Made by a program: the position numbers and the translations under genes
Notes under the pieces: generated by a model
Seen by the model: the letters and a program-made list of their open reading frames with translations, nothing else
Databases searched by the model: none
Told to the model about the DNA's origin: nothing
In this document: one piece after another, positions 14,873-25,103 of the stretch
How the letters are laid out: every line of letters starts with the position of its first letter
How positions within the stretch are numbered: position 1 is the first letter of the stretch
Source: a virus
Taxonomy: Duplodnaviria; Caudoviricetes
Virus record (IMG/VR): IMGVR_UViG_3300012942_000073
Location: 1 to 42,842 of that record
Direction: 5' to 3' (one strand)
DNA: 42,842 bases

Positions 14873-16436
14873 GCGCATCTCCCGCGCCGAGCGCTACCGC
14901 CTGCAGAGCGTGGCCGAGCGGGAGGTGATGCGCTACGCCGGCGACCATGCGCTGTGGCACAAGCACGTGCACAACGTGGAGCTGGACCCGATGCAGGTGC
15001 TGAAGTGCATCGAGATGGACCGGCACCCGAACACCGTCGACTTCAGTTGCCGGCGCACGGGCAAGACGGCGGTGAAGGAGATGTACAACCTGGAGAAGCT
15101 GGCGACGAAGCCGGACCAGGAACTGGGCATCGTGGCGCCGCGCGAGGCGCAGAGCCTGGTGAACCTGAATTATCACCTCGAGGCGATCCGCCGCAGCCCG
15201 ATCCTCACCGCCTGGCTGAACATGCGCAGCGGCCGGCAGCAGATGGCCGACACCTACTTCCAGTTCGCCAACCGTTCGCTGGCCCGGGCCTACGGCATCA
15301 TGGCCAACGTGGACGGCGGCGACCTGACCATGGCCAGCCTGGAAGAGGTGGACGACATGCCGCGGGACCGGCTGTACGGCCGCTTCCTGCTGATGATGGG
15401 CTCCACTCGGCGCATGGGTGCCAGCAGCGACAGCGAGAACACGCCGGAGATCCGCATCACCGGCGTGTTCAAGGGCGCGGACACGCTGGCGGAGATGATC
15501 GCCGGCGGCCAGTACACGGTGCTGCCCACGGTGGACGTGCACCTGGGCATCGAGCTGGGCATCCTCAATGCCGCGTTCATGGAGCAGATGCGGGCGGAAC
15601 TGGACCCGGACGAGTACATCCGCCAGTTGCTGTGCCGGAACATCGCCAGTCGCAACCTGATCTGGCAGAGCAAGGTGCGCGAGGCGATCCAGCTCGGCCT
15701 GCGCGCCGGCCTGGAGCAGGCCGAGCCGATGCCGGGCGCGCGCTACCCGCGCCGAGGGCTGATCAGCTTCGGCTACGACGCGGCCGGCCACGGCGAGAAC
15801 CCGGCCGCCTCGAAGCACGCCTTCGTGGTGGCGGAGCAGATCGGCAACTTCATCTTCATCCCGTTCGTGAAGTTCTGGCCGGCCGGCACCGGCGAGCCGG
15901 AGGTGCAGCGCGACCTGGTGGCGTTCTGGCGCTACTTCCGGCCGGACTATGCCATCGGCGACGCCTTCGGTGTGGGCATGCTCACGGCGCTGAACGACGA
16001 GCTGTTCCGCGAGGGCCTGACCGACATCGACCGCCGCGCGATCGGCGACGGCGAGAGCACGGCCAGCACTTGGACGGAATGGGCCTTCAGCCCGATGCGC
16101 TTTGAGGGCATGACCAAGCACCAGATGGCCACCGCGCTGCGCAGCGTGTTCCACGGCGGCCATGCCGTGCTGCCGTACTTCGACGACCAGGACATGCGCG
16201 ACCCGGCCACCCTGGACCTGCGCGCGCTGGCGCGGCAGTTGCCGAACATCGTGGCCAAGCCCACCAAGACCAGCTACGCCAGCTACAAGATGGCGAACGG
16301 CAAGCTGGGCGACGACGGCTTCGACGCGGCCATGGCCGCGGTATGGGGCCTGGCCACGCGCGGCACGTCGCACGCGCCCACCGTCATCCTCACCACCACC
16401 CGCACGCGCGAGCAGTTGCTCGAACGCGCCGCCTAG
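14865..16436 (+). CDS. terL: Terminase large subunit
   Basis: Walker A variant SCRRTGKT, LEEVDD, and nuclease-domain motifs GYDAA and DDGFDA. Confidence 0.85.
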   Translation: MPERISRAERYRLQSVAEREVMRYAGDHALWHKHVHNVELDPMQVLKCIEMDRHPNTVDFSCRRTGKTAVKEMYNLEKLATKPDQELGIVAPREAQSLVNLNYHLEAIRRSPILTAWLNMRSGRQQMADTYFQFANRSLARAYGIMANVDGGDLTMASLEEVDDMPRDRLYGRFLLMMGSTRRMGASSDSENTPEIRITGVFKGADTLAEMIAGGQYTVLPTVDVHLGIELGILNAAFMEQMRAELDPDEYIRQLLCRNIASRNLIWQSKVREAIQLGLRAGLEQAEPMPGARYPRRGLISFGYDAAGHGENPAASKHAFVVAEQIGNFIFIPFVKFWPAGTGEPEVQRDLVAFWRYFRPDYAIGDAFGVGMLTALNDELFREGLTDIDRRAIGDGESTASTWTEWAFSPMRFEGMTKHQMATALRSVFHGGHAVLPYFDDQDMRDPATLDLRALARQLPNIVAKPTKTSYASYKMANGKLGDDGFDAAMAAVWGLATRGTSHAPTVILTTTRTREQLLERAA

Positions 16437-16445
16437 GAGTACGCC

Positions 16446-17852
16446 ATGGGCATCCTCGACACGCTCTTCCGCCGCCGGCCCGTGCCGGCCGCCGCCGCGC
16501 CCGAGCGCACGCTGCCCGGCGAACGGCCGGCCGGCGCCGGCGCCCGCGGCAGCACCGTGGTGCCGGACGACGCGCTGAAGCGCATGTACCGCCAGTTCTG
16601 GGTGGACGTGGACCTGCGCAGCACCATCCTCGACATCCGCCGCATGGACGCGCTGGACGGCCGGGTGAAGTCCATCCACCGCCGCACCAGCCGCGCCGCG
16701 GCGAAGGGTGGCATCAAGCTGTCAGCGCCTGGCGCGCCGCGCTGGTTGCAGGCCGAGTTTGGTGCCTTCATCCGCTCGCTGCACCTGGACCGCCGCGACA
16801 AGCTGGAGAGCGACCTGCGTGGGCTGATGATGGAGGGCAACCTGTGCATGCAGTGGGTGCCGAACGCCGATGAGTCCGGCGTGGCGGCCGGCGTGCGCAT
16901 GCCGGCGGAGACCATCGTGCCGCAGGTGAACGAGACGGGCATGTTCGCCGATCCGCGCCAGGCCTACGTGCAGCGCGACATCTACGGCGCCCGGGACATG
17001 GCCACCTTCGCGCTGTGGCAGATGACCGTGGCGCGGCTGGACCCGCGTAACTACGACGACTTCGGCAGCCTGGGCCGCCCCTACCTGGACGCCACCCGCG
17101 CGGTATGGCTGAAGCTGACCGGCACCGAGGAGGACCTGGTGATCCGCCGGCGCATGCGCGCGCCGCTGCGCATGTCGCACGTGCTGGAAGGGGCCAGCCC
17201 GGAGGATCTGGACGATTACCGCGCCGGCGTGGAGCGCGACCAGGCCGCCGGCAACTTCCGCGACTACTACCTCAACAAGAAGGGCGCGGTGAGCGCGGTG
17301 CAGGGCGACGCCAACCTGGACCAGATTGCCGACGTGGACCTGCTGCTGGACACGTTCTTCGCCGGCGCGCCGGCGCCGAAGGGCCTGTTCGGCTACGTGA
17401 AGGACCTGAGCCGCGACGTGCTGGAGGACCTGAAGGCGGACTATTTCGACGAGATCGACGCCATGCAGGACAACACCGCGTGGACGTACCAGGAGGGATT
17501 CAAGCTGCACCTGCTGCTGCGCGGCCGCAACCCGGATGCGTGGGACTGGAAAGTGGCCTTCGCCGAGCGCCGTACCGACACGCCGAACCAGCGCGCCGAC
17601 CTGGCGCTGAAATACCAGGCGCTGGGCCTGCCGCGCACCGTGGTCTGGGATGCCACCGGCGTCGACGTCGCCGCCGCCGAGCTGGCGGCGACGAAGGAGA
17701 AAGCCGAGACGGATCCGTACCCCGTCGGCGACGACGGCGGCGCGCCCGCGGGCGACGATCCGGCCCGGCCGGCCGCGCGCCCGCGCGTCAGCGTCACCCC
17801 CGGCAATGCGCCGAAGGGCGAGAGCGCCACCACCATCAGCACCCGGTCCTGA
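16446..17852 (+). CDS. Portal protein
   Basis: 468 aa directly after TerL with AGGAG RBS; GRPYLD motif. Confidence 0.75.
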   Translation: MGILDTLFRRRPVPAAAAPERTLPGERPAGAGARGSTVVPDDALKRMYRQFWVDVDLRSTILDIRRMDALDGRVKSIHRRTSRAAAKGGIKLSAPGAPRWLQAEFGAFIRSLHLDRRDKLESDLRGLMMEGNLCMQWVPNADESGVAAGVRMPAETIVPQVNETGMFADPRQAYVQRDIYGARDMATFALWQMTVARLDPRNYDDFGSLGRPYLDATRAVWLKLTGTEEDLVIRRRMRAPLRMSHVLEGASPEDLDDYRAGVERDQAAGNFRDYYLNKKGAVSAVQGDANLDQIADVDLLLDTFFAGAPAPKGLFGYVKDLSRDVLEDLKADYFDEIDAMQDNTAWTYQEGFKLHLLLRGRNPDAWDWKVAFAERRTDTPNQRADLALKYQALGLPRTVVWDATGVDVAAAELAATKEKAETDPYPVGDDGGAPAGDDPARPAARPRVSVTPGNAPKGESATTISTRS

Positions 17853-18913
17853 TGCCCAGCGGCACCGCCCAGCGCGAAGCGATCGCCCGCGCCACCCAGG
17901 CCGCGCGCCAGCAGCAACTGGCGTGGCGCGAGGCGCAGGCCCGCGCCGTGCAGGACCTGCTGGGGAAAATCGCCGGCGCCATCCAGCAGGAGCTGATGCG
18001 CCTGCAGGACGGTGGCGGCGATGTGCGGCCGGAGCAGATCCCGGCGCTGCGTGATTTCGTGACCGGGCAGTCCAACGACCTGTTCGACGCGTACCGTCAG
18101 ATCGTGATGCGTGCGCTGCCGGAGAGCGCCCGCATCGGAGCGCAGATGCTGGCCCATACCGGGTCCGGGATCAGCACGGACGCCATGGTCACCCAGGTGA
18201 TGGCGTGGCTGACCAGCTTTCGCGCCGCCGATGGCCTGCAGTTGTCCGACCGCCTGTGGCGCATTCCGCGCAACGCCGCCACCGAACTGGACCTGCGCCT
18301 GCAGAACCTGATCGTGCGCGGGCAGAGCAGCTACCAGGCGGCACTGGAATACATCAACCAGGGCAAGCCTGTGCCCACCGCCCTGGCCGACGCCATGGCG
18401 CAGCGCCGCTCGATGGCCCTGGCCGTACAGGCCAAGCGCCTGCTGGCCGACCCGCACGGCGACGTGCTGTACGCGGCGCAGCGCGTGCTGCGCACGGAAA
18501 GCAATCGCGCCTACACCGAGAGCTACGTGTCCAGCGTCGCCCAGCATCCGGACGTGATCGGCATGAAGTTCATGCTGAGCCCCAACCACCCGCGCACCGA
18601 CATCTGCGACCTGTATGCCCGCGCCAACCTGCATGGCCTGGGCCCGGGCGTGTACCCGCCCGGCAACACGCCGTACCCGGCGCACCCCAACACGCTGAGC
18701 CTGCTGCAGCCCGTGTTCAAGGACGAGGTGACCGATGCGCATCGCGCCGGCCAGCAGACCGCGTTCGACTGGCTGCGCCGGCAGCCGGCGGCGGACCAGG
18801 ACAGCATCCTGGGCAAGAGCAAGGCCATCGCCTTCCGCGCCGGCATGCTGCAGGACGACGAGTTGCGCGCGCCGTGGCACCAGGTGGCCGCTCGGCTGGG
18901 CGTGCAGCCCTGA
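17852..18913 (+). CDS. Head morphogenesis protein (Mu gpF / SPP1 gp7-like)
   Basis: LSDRLW, RVLRTE.NRAY, DICD, PAHPN; follows the portal. Confidence 0.8.
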   Translation: MPSGTAQREAIARATQAARQQQLAWREAQARAVQDLLGKIAGAIQQELMRLQDGGGDVRPEQIPALRDFVTGQSNDLFDAYRQIVMRALPESARIGAQMLAHTGSGISTDAMVTQVMAWLTSFRAADGLQLSDRLWRIPRNAATELDLRLQNLIVRGQSSYQAALEYINQGKPVPTALADAMAQRRSMALAVQAKRLLADPHGDVLYAAQRVLRTESNRAYTESYVSSVAQHPDVIGMKFMLSPNHPRTDICDLYARANLHGLGPGVYPPGNTPYPAHPNTLSLLQPVFKDEVTDAHRAGQQTAFDWLRRQPAADQDSILGKSKAIAFRAGMLQDDELRAPWHQVAARLGVQP

Positions 18914-19054
18914 CGCGCACGCCTTCCCATGGATCGGTGCCGCCGATCGGCACAGCATGCGATCGCTGCATCACTCCTCGGTGGATATGCCAGGTAAGGC
19001 CGGCCGGCGGGGCCGCGGTGACTGGCATGCAGCGCTGAATCCCCCGCGCCTCGT

Positions 19055-19089
19055 TTCCCCTTGACTCCCCGCGCCGACCCGCACACGGT
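19055..19089 (+). promoter_or_regulatory. Putative late promoter 2 (capsid operon)
   Basis: TTCCCCTTGA-N17-CACACGGT. Confidence 0.7.
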
Positions 19090-19157
19090 CGGCGCCGGCA
19101 GCGGGAGTGCCCGGCGTCGCCCTTGCAGGGGCGACGCCGGGCCATTTGGAGACGGCA

Positions 19158-21773
19158 ATGCGCAAGCATGTACTGGCGGCGATGGTGAGCCTGGTGGCGA
19201 TGGGAGCGGCTTCTGCGCCGCGGCACTTCCTACTGGACAGCGCCGCCCCGCCCGAGGGCGCCCGCCGCTTCATGTGCTCGCTGGACGGTGTGAAGCTCGC
19301 CGACGGCGACGCGCCGCGCACCGAGGTGACGCTGCTGCGCACCGGCACCTTCCACGACCCGCGCTACGGCACCTTCGACATCACGCGCGACATGCTGCTG
19401 AGCATGGTGCGCAACTTCGACGCCGGCACCTATGGCCAGGACATCCTGCTGGATGTGTCCCACGAGCCGCACAAGGGGGCGGCGGCGAAGATCCTTGGCC
19501 TGAAGCTGGATGGCAACCGCCTGCGGGCCTCGGTGGAGTTCACCCCCTACGGCGTGGACGCGGTGAAGAACCGCGGCATGCGCTACCTCAGCGCCGAGTT
19601 CGTGGACGACTTCGTCGACAACGAACAGCACACCTCCCACGGCCCGACGCTTCTCGGCGGGGCCGTCTGCACGCGCCCGGTGATCAAGCGGATGGACCCC
19701 ATCACGCTGGCTGAAGGCGATGTGAAAACCCCGGTGTTCTTGCACCCGGAACTGATCCGACAACTGTCCGAACCCCTGGAGCAGACCACCATGAAATGGC
19801 TCACCGAACTGAAGCGCCGCCTGGCACAGCGCAAGCTGTCCGAGGCCCACACCACCTCCATCGTCACCGCCTACGAGGCCGCGGCGAAGAACCTGGGCGA
19901 GGACGACAAGGCCCACGAAGCGCTGGTCGAGCAGTTCGACGGCATCGGCAAGCAGCTGGCCGACGCCGGCGCCACCGGCGAGATCAAACTGGCCGTGAAC
20001 GTGCCCGGCGCGGGCAAGATGCTGAGCGAGGACGACGTGGCGCGCCTGCTGGACGAGCGCATGCAGAAGCGCGCCGACGACGCCCGCAAGGCGGAAGAGA
20101 CCAGGGCCGCCAGGGTGAAGCTGTTCGGCGACACCCTTGCCGCGGCCAAGGGCCTCTCCGAGGACACCCGCAAGCAGCTCGGCGAGAACGTCGAGGGCCT
20201 GATCACCGGCGACATGACCGATGCCCAGGTGAAGGCGCTGGCGGAGAACCAGATCGCGCTGGGCAACAAGCTGGAGAACGCCCGCAAGCTGGCGGACATG
20301 GGCTATCCGGGCCGCAAGGGCAGCACCTTCATCACGGTGGACGAAGGCAACGCCATCAAGAAGCTGGCGGCCGACATCACCACCGGCCTGAAGCAGACGT
20401 CGGCCGCGCACCAGGGCAAGCTGCGTTTCGTCGAGGACGACAAGCAGAGCCCGTTCGTGCGCGCCCTGCTGGCCGAGTTCGACGGGCAGCATGCCGAGCG
20501 ACTGCACCGCGAGGCGAAGATGCTGGCCGGTGGACCGGTGGACACCGGCGACACCCAATTGCCGGCCAGCGTGCAGCGCGCGGTGATCGAGCAGGTCTAC
20601 ACCCGACTGGAGATCCTGTCGCTGGTGAACGCCACGGTGGACCCCACCACCGGCATCACGCACTCCATCCCCTACGAGACCCGCGATACCTCGGCGGTGC
20701 GCAACGGCGGCATCGTCTACGAGGGCCAGCCGATCCACCGCGCCGGCGTGGCCCAGGCGATGGACTATGCCTACATCGAGCCGCGCAAGCTGGCGATGGA
20801 ACTGACCAACGAGGTCGCGTTCTTCAGCCGCAACAACGCCAGCATCAACTGGGATGCCTGGGGCCGCAACATTGCCAGCAATGCCCAGGTGATGCGCGAG
20901 CTGGTGCAGGCCGCCATCGCCAACCGCATGCTGCGCGACTCGGACAGCTACGGTGCGGTGGATGTGGCCAACGAGGCCGCCACGGCCTACGCCGGCGCGG
21001 ACAACGCCTACAAGACCGCCAGTTTCCCGGTGGTGCGCCCCTATCAGGCGCGCGACCTGAAGGGCAACGCGGTGGGCGCGGCGCAGCAGCCGGTGACGGT
21101 GAAGGACGGCGCCACGGTGCTGGCGGAGTTCGACGGCAGTGGCGAGCAGGCGGCCGGCAAGTATTACCGCTGGCTCAGCTACAACCTGGGCCTGTACCAG
21201 GTTGTGGACCAGACGGGCGCGCCGACGGCGCCGGCCGGCGCCGTCACCATCAGCTACAGCTCCAGCACCAATGTGCTGAAGGTGGACACCGACGTGCCCA
21301 ACGGCAGCACCTACGAGAAGCAGATGAACAAGCTGCTGCAGGCCGTGGGTGCGCGCAAGGCGGTGATGAGCCAGGAGCGCTACGTGAAGCCGGATTTCTT
21401 CCTGGCCAGCGATGTGCTCACCAACATGATCACCGACGCGGAGCAGTTCACCAGCGCGAACAGCCGCGCGGATGCCAGCATCGACGGCCAGGGCAACCTG
21501 CAGCCGGTGAAGGGCATCCCGGGTTGGGCGACCGACGCCCCCGGCATCGACCTGGGCGACGAGCGCATGCTGATCGGCCAGCGCGCCAACTTCTGGTACA
21601 CGATCGCCAAGGCGTTCCAGACCGGCGTGCCGTTCGAGCTGTTCGACGGCGAGGGTCGCGCGCTCGGCAAGCGCGGCGCCTACGGCGAGGAGTACAGCTC
21701 GCTGCTGATCCCGCCGCCGCTGCGCAGCCGCTTCACCAGCGTGCTGGCGTACAGCTTCACCAACGCCCGCTGA
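19158..21773 (+). CDS. Fused Mu-like prohead protease, scaffold and major capsid protein
   Basis: Protease motifs DVSHEP..GAAA, VEFT, YLSAEF and TRPVIK; coiled-coil middle region; ~400-aa capsid-like C-terminus; no separate capsid gene. Confidence 0.8.
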   Translation: MRKHVLAAMVSLVAMGAASAPRHFLLDSAAPPEGARRFMCSLDGVKLADGDAPRTEVTLLRTGTFHDPRYGTFDITRDMLLSMVRNFDAGTYGQDILLDVSHEPHKGAAAKILGLKLDGNRLRASVEFTPYGVDAVKNRGMRYLSAEFVDDFVDNEQHTSHGPTLLGGAVCTRPVIKRMDPITLAEGDVKTPVFLHPELIRQLSEPLEQTTMKWLTELKRRLAQRKLSEAHTTSIVTAYEAAAKNLGEDDKAHEALVEQFDGIGKQLADAGATGEIKLAVNVPGAGKMLSEDDVARLLDERMQKRADDARKAEETRAARVKLFGDTLAAAKGLSEDTRKQLGENVEGLITGDMTDAQVKALAENQIALGNKLENARKLADMGYPGRKGSTFITVDEGNAIKKLAADITTGLKQTSAAHQGKLRFVEDDKQSPFVRALLAEFDGQHAERLHREAKMLAGGPVDTGDTQLPASVQRAVIEQVYTRLEILSLVNATVDPTTGITHSIPYETRDTSAVRNGGIVYEGQPIHRAGVAQAMDYAYIEPRKLAMELTNEVAFFSRNNASINWDAWGRNIASNAQVMRELVQAAIANRMLRDSDSYGAVDVANEAATAYAGADNAYKTASFPVVRPYQARDLKGNAVGAAQQPVTVKDGATVLAEFDGSGEQAAGKYYRWLSYNLGLYQVVDQTGAPTAPAGAVTISYSSSTNVLKVDTDVPNGSTYEKQMNKLLQAVGARKAVMSQERYVKPDFFLASDVLTNMITDAEQFTSANSRADASIDGQGNLQPVKGIPGWATDAPGIDLGDERMLIGQRANFWYTIAKAFQTGVPFELFDGEGRALGKRGAYGEEYSSLLIPPPLRSRFTSVLAYSFTNAR

Positions 21774-21835
21774 CCCTGACCGGCGCGGGGCGGCCCCGGC
21801 CGCCCCGCTGTCGCGCCCCATCCTCGAGGTGATCC

Positions 21836-22234
21836 ATGAGCAAGGTTCCCGTCCATAACCCCGGCCGCCACCACATGCACGTGGGTGGCACCGTCATTCC
21901 GCCCGGCGACACGCGCATGGTCGCCGCGCACCTGGTGCCGGCGTCGAGGACGCCCGCGGCGCCGGTCGCCGACAAGCCGCCGCCGTCGCCGCTGGACGAG
22001 CTGCTGGCCGGCAAAGCGGCGGATGCCATCGCTGCGCTGCTCGACCTGTCCGATGAGGACCTGGCCGCGCTGTATGCCGCAGAGGCCGCCAAGCCCAAGC
22101 CGCGCAGCACCGTGCTGGAAGCCGTCGCTGCCGAGCAGCTCAACCGCCAGAAGGAGGGCGGCGAGGGCGAGGGCAATACCGGCGACGGCGAGGGCAATAC
22201 CAGTGCCGGCGCCGGCACGGAGACGAAGGCCTGA
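21836..22234 (+). CDS. Head-associated hypothetical protein
   Basis: GAGG RBS; AEAAKPKPRSTVL motif; follows the capsid gene. Confidence 0.65.
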   Translation: MSKVPVHNPGRHHMHVGGTVIPPGDTRMVAAHLVPASRTPAAPVADKPPPSPLDELLAGKAADAIAALLDLSDEDLAALYAAEAAKPKPRSTVLEAVAAEQLNRQKEGGEGEGNTGDGEGNTSAGAGTETKA

Positions 22235-22236
22235 CC

Positions 22237-22857
22237 ATGGCGCTGTCGCTTGCCGACGTGCTGCCCGACTACAAGGCCGCGTTGCACGACGCGGCCTCGG
22301 TGTTCAAGGGCACGCAGGCCGACCCGGATGCCGACTTCAAGCGGCACCTGCAGACGGCCGCGCGCGCCCTGGGCCGCGACGGCAAGCGCAGCGCCACCCA
22401 GCTCGGCACCCTGACCCTGCTGGCCGGCCAGGCGACCTACACCGACGTGCCAGCTGACCTGGTGGCGCCCAAGGTGAGCGACTGGGGCGTCGGCGAGCAA
22501 CCGGCATGGATGATCCCGCCGGGCGCGCTTCCGGTGATGCGGCTGGCCACGCAGGACGGCGCGCCCGTGCTGGTGTTGCGTCCAGCGCCGTCGGCGGCGC
22601 AGATCGCCGCTTTCGGCGCCGCCTACCGCTACTACTACCTGGCCGCGCCGGTGCTGGATGCTGACGCGAGCACCGTGGCCGACGCCGACCGCGACCTGCT
22701 GGTGCTGCGCGCCATGGTGGAGGCCGCGCGCGAGCTGGTGAACCGCAACCTGCACAAGCCCGTGGCGATGCAGCCGGGCAGTGGCAGCTACCCCAGCAAC
22801 CAGACGCCGGCCGGCTGGTACCAGATGCTGCTGGACGAATACCGGAAGGCGGCGTGA
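22237..22857 (+). CDS. Putative head-tail adaptor
   Basis: Position and size. Confidence 0.55.
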   Translation: MALSLADVLPDYKAALHDAASVFKGTQADPDADFKRHLQTAARALGRDGKRSATQLGTLTLLAGQATYTDVPADLVAPKVSDWGVGEQPAWMIPPGALPVMRLATQDGAPVLVLRPAPSAAQIAAFGAAYRYYYLAAPVLDADASTVADADRDLLVLRAMVEAARELVNRNLHKPVAMQPGSGSYPSNQTPAGWYQMLLDEYRKAA

Positions 22858-23372
22858 TGGCGACCCGGCGCGTCTTCGACCTCACTACCAACCTGCCGAA
22901 GCTGACGGCGGCCATGCAGCGCGCGCCGCAGCGCATGCTGACCAACGTGGACAACGCCCTGGGCCGAGGCGCGATCGAGCTGAGCCGCGCCGAGCGCGAG
23001 GCGGCGCCGAAGTTCCGCAGCGAGCTGGCCAACAGCATCCTCTACCAGCGCGTGGGCCTGCTGGAGCACCTGGTCGCCGCCCGCGGAAAGAGCTATGGCC
23101 CCTACGTGGAAGACGGTACCGGCCCGGGCGGCCGGCCGCCGCTGGCCGAGATGGAAGCCTGGATCCGGCTGAAGGGTATCCAGCCCCGCACGCCCGGCAT
23201 GAGCCAGCGCAGCCTGGCCGCGCTGATGCGGCGGAGCATCGCCCGGCGCGGCATCAAGTCCAACCCGTTCTTCTCGCGCACGCTGGAGGCCATGCTGCCG
23301 CGCTTCGACGAGCTGCTGCAGAAGGCGGCCGATGACGGCCTGCAGGCCATCGCAAAGGACGCCGGCGCATGA
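22854..23372 (+). CDS. HK97 gp10-like tail completion protein
   Basis: L..SI...YGPYVEDGT...GIKSNPFF. Confidence 0.75.
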   Translation: MMATRRVFDLTTNLPKLTAAMQRAPQRMLTNVDNALGRGAIELSRAEREAAPKFRSELANSILYQRVGLLEHLVAARGKSYGPYVEDGTGPGGRPPLAEMEAWIRLKGIQPRTPGMSQRSLAALMRRSIARRGIKSNPFFSRTLEAMLPRFDELLQKAADDGLQAIAKDAGA

Positions 23373-23824
23373 GCGCGAAGGCCGAACGCATCGCCTACCT
23401 CGCCGCGCAACTGGCCGCGCAGTTCCCGGCACGCGGCGTCACGCGCAGTTTCCTGCCACACGCCCAGCGCAGCGACGACGAGCTGGCGCCCGGACTGTTC
23501 ACTGTGCTGTCCAACGGCGTGGCCAGTTACCCCTACGAGCACAGCGACTACGGCCCGGGCCTGGATGCGCCGGCGCAGACCGAGCTGGGCGAGTTGGAGC
23601 TGGTGATCACCGCCCAGATCAAGCTGCCAGAGGGCAGTACCGGCGAGGCCGTGGAGACGGCCGAACTGGACATGCTGGCCGACCTGGAAGCCTTTGCCAA
23701 CGCCGCGATCGGCGACGAGCTGCTGGTGACACTGCGCCTGCTGCGCGCCCGCCAGAGCCTGCAACTGGATGTGCCCTACGGCTGGGTGCACACCGAATGG
23801 CACCTGCCGCTACTGGAGCCCTAG
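23369..23824 (+). CDS. Putative tail terminator
   Basis: Acidic 151-aa protein before the tail tube gene. Confidence 0.5.
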   Translation: MSAKAERIAYLAAQLAAQFPARGVTRSFLPHAQRSDDELAPGLFTVLSNGVASYPYEHSDYGPGLDAPAQTELGELELVITAQIKLPEGSTGEAVETAELDMLADLEAFANAAIGDELLVTLRLLRARQSLQLDVPYGWVHTEWHLPLLEP

Positions 23825-23827
23825 ACC

Positions 23828-24076
23828 ATGGCCAAGACCACGCCATCGCCCCTCGACGCACCGGCTGCGCCGGCGCCGGCCACCATCGACCAGCAACTGG
23901 CCGCGCTGGACGACCTGGACAGCGCCGCCACGGCCTCGGCCCCGGCGCTCGAACCCGCCGCAGCGCCTCCAGCGCCGGCTCCAGCGCCCACCGTCCACAC
24001 CCGCGACCGCGATCCCGCGCAGCGCGCGGCGTGGAAGCGCGAGCGCGCCATCGCCCTCGGCATCCTCAAGCCCTGA
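23828..24076 (+). CDS. Hypothetical Pro/Ala-rich protein
   Basis: GGAG RBS; fills the gap in the operon. Confidence 0.55.
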   Translation: MAKTTPSPLDAPAAPAPATIDQQLAALDDLDSAATASAPALEPAAAPPAPAPAPTVHTRDRDPAQRAAWKRERAIALGILKP

Positions 24077-24094
24077 TCGCCCCGGAGAACCCCC

Positions 24095-25045
24095 ATGAAG
24101 ATCTTCACACGCAAGAAAACCATCCTGGCCGCGATCGAGGCTACCTACGGCGTTGATGCGGTACCCACCGGCGCACTGAACGCCATCCAGACCAGCCAGT
24201 TCAGCATGCAGCCCCTGCAGGGCGACGCGCTGAAGCCGAACCTGGACAAGGCCACTTTCGGCGCGGATCTCAGCGACCTGGTGGGCAAGAACGTGGTGCT
24301 CACCTTCAACGTGCCGCTGGCCGGCAGCGGCGTGGCTGGTACCGCGCCGGCCTGGGGCCCGTTGCTGAAAGCCTGCGGCCACAGCGAGACGCTGCAGGCC
24401 GCCGACCCCGGCAACAACGTCGAGGCTGCGGCCATCTACACGCCGATCGACGAGAACGTGGACAGCGCCACCTTCTATTTCCGCCAGGACCGTACCTTGC
24501 ACAAGGTGACCGGCGTGCGCGGTGCCGTGCAACTGCAGACGCAGAAGCGCGATTACGCCTGGCTGCAGTTCACCTTCACCGGACTGTTCAATCCGCCGGT
24601 GGACAGCGCCGCCGACCTGGGCGCGGTATACACCGCATGGAAGAAGCCGGTGCCGTTCCGCGCGGCCACGGTGGACTGCACCCTGTTCGGCCAGTTGGTC
24701 GGCCTGCACACGCTGAAGCTGAACTTCGGCCAGCAGGTGCAGTTCTACGAGCATAGCGAGGAAGAGTCGGTGCAGATCACCGACCGGCAGGCCGACTTCG
24801 ACGCCACGTTCGAAGAGACCGACCTGGCCACGCACGACTACTTCGCCGACATCAACAACGGCACCAGTGGCGAGCTGGTCTACACGCATGGCATCACCGC
24901 CGGCAACATCGTGGAGATCAAGGGCACCAACAGCCAGGGCCTGACGGTGGCGCGCAGCGACCAGAATGGCGTGAGCGCGCTGCAGGTGACCGGCCCGCTG
25001 GCCGCCGTGGCGCCCGACCCCGACTACACCATCACCGCGAAGTGA
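24095..25045 (+). CDS. Tail tube (major tail) protein
   Basis: TRKK.ILA.IE.TYGVD, LAGSG.AGTAPAWG.LLKACG, VQITDR. Confidence 0.85.
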   Translation: MKIFTRKKTILAAIEATYGVDAVPTGALNAIQTSQFSMQPLQGDALKPNLDKATFGADLSDLVGKNVVLTFNVPLAGSGVAGTAPAWGPLLKACGHSETLQAADPGNNVEAAAIYTPIDENVDSATFYFRQDRTLHKVTGVRGAVQLQTQKRDYAWLQFTFTGLFNPPVDSAADLGAVYTAWKKPVPFRAATVDCTLFGQLVGLHTLKLNFGQQVQFYEHSEEESVQITDRQADFDATFEETDLATHDYFADINNGTSGELVYTHGITAGNIVEIKGTNSQGLTVARSDQNGVSALQVTGPLAAVAPDPDYTITAK

Positions 25046-25103
25046 CCGCCGGCGCCGGCCGCGCGCCGGCGCCTTTCACCTATCCTGCAGGAAACCCGCC
25101 AAC

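Noticed and set aside
21785-21808. Strong hairpin after the capsid gene as an intrinsic terminator
   Set aside because: A 10-bp GC stem but no U-tract; it may only stabilise mRNA.
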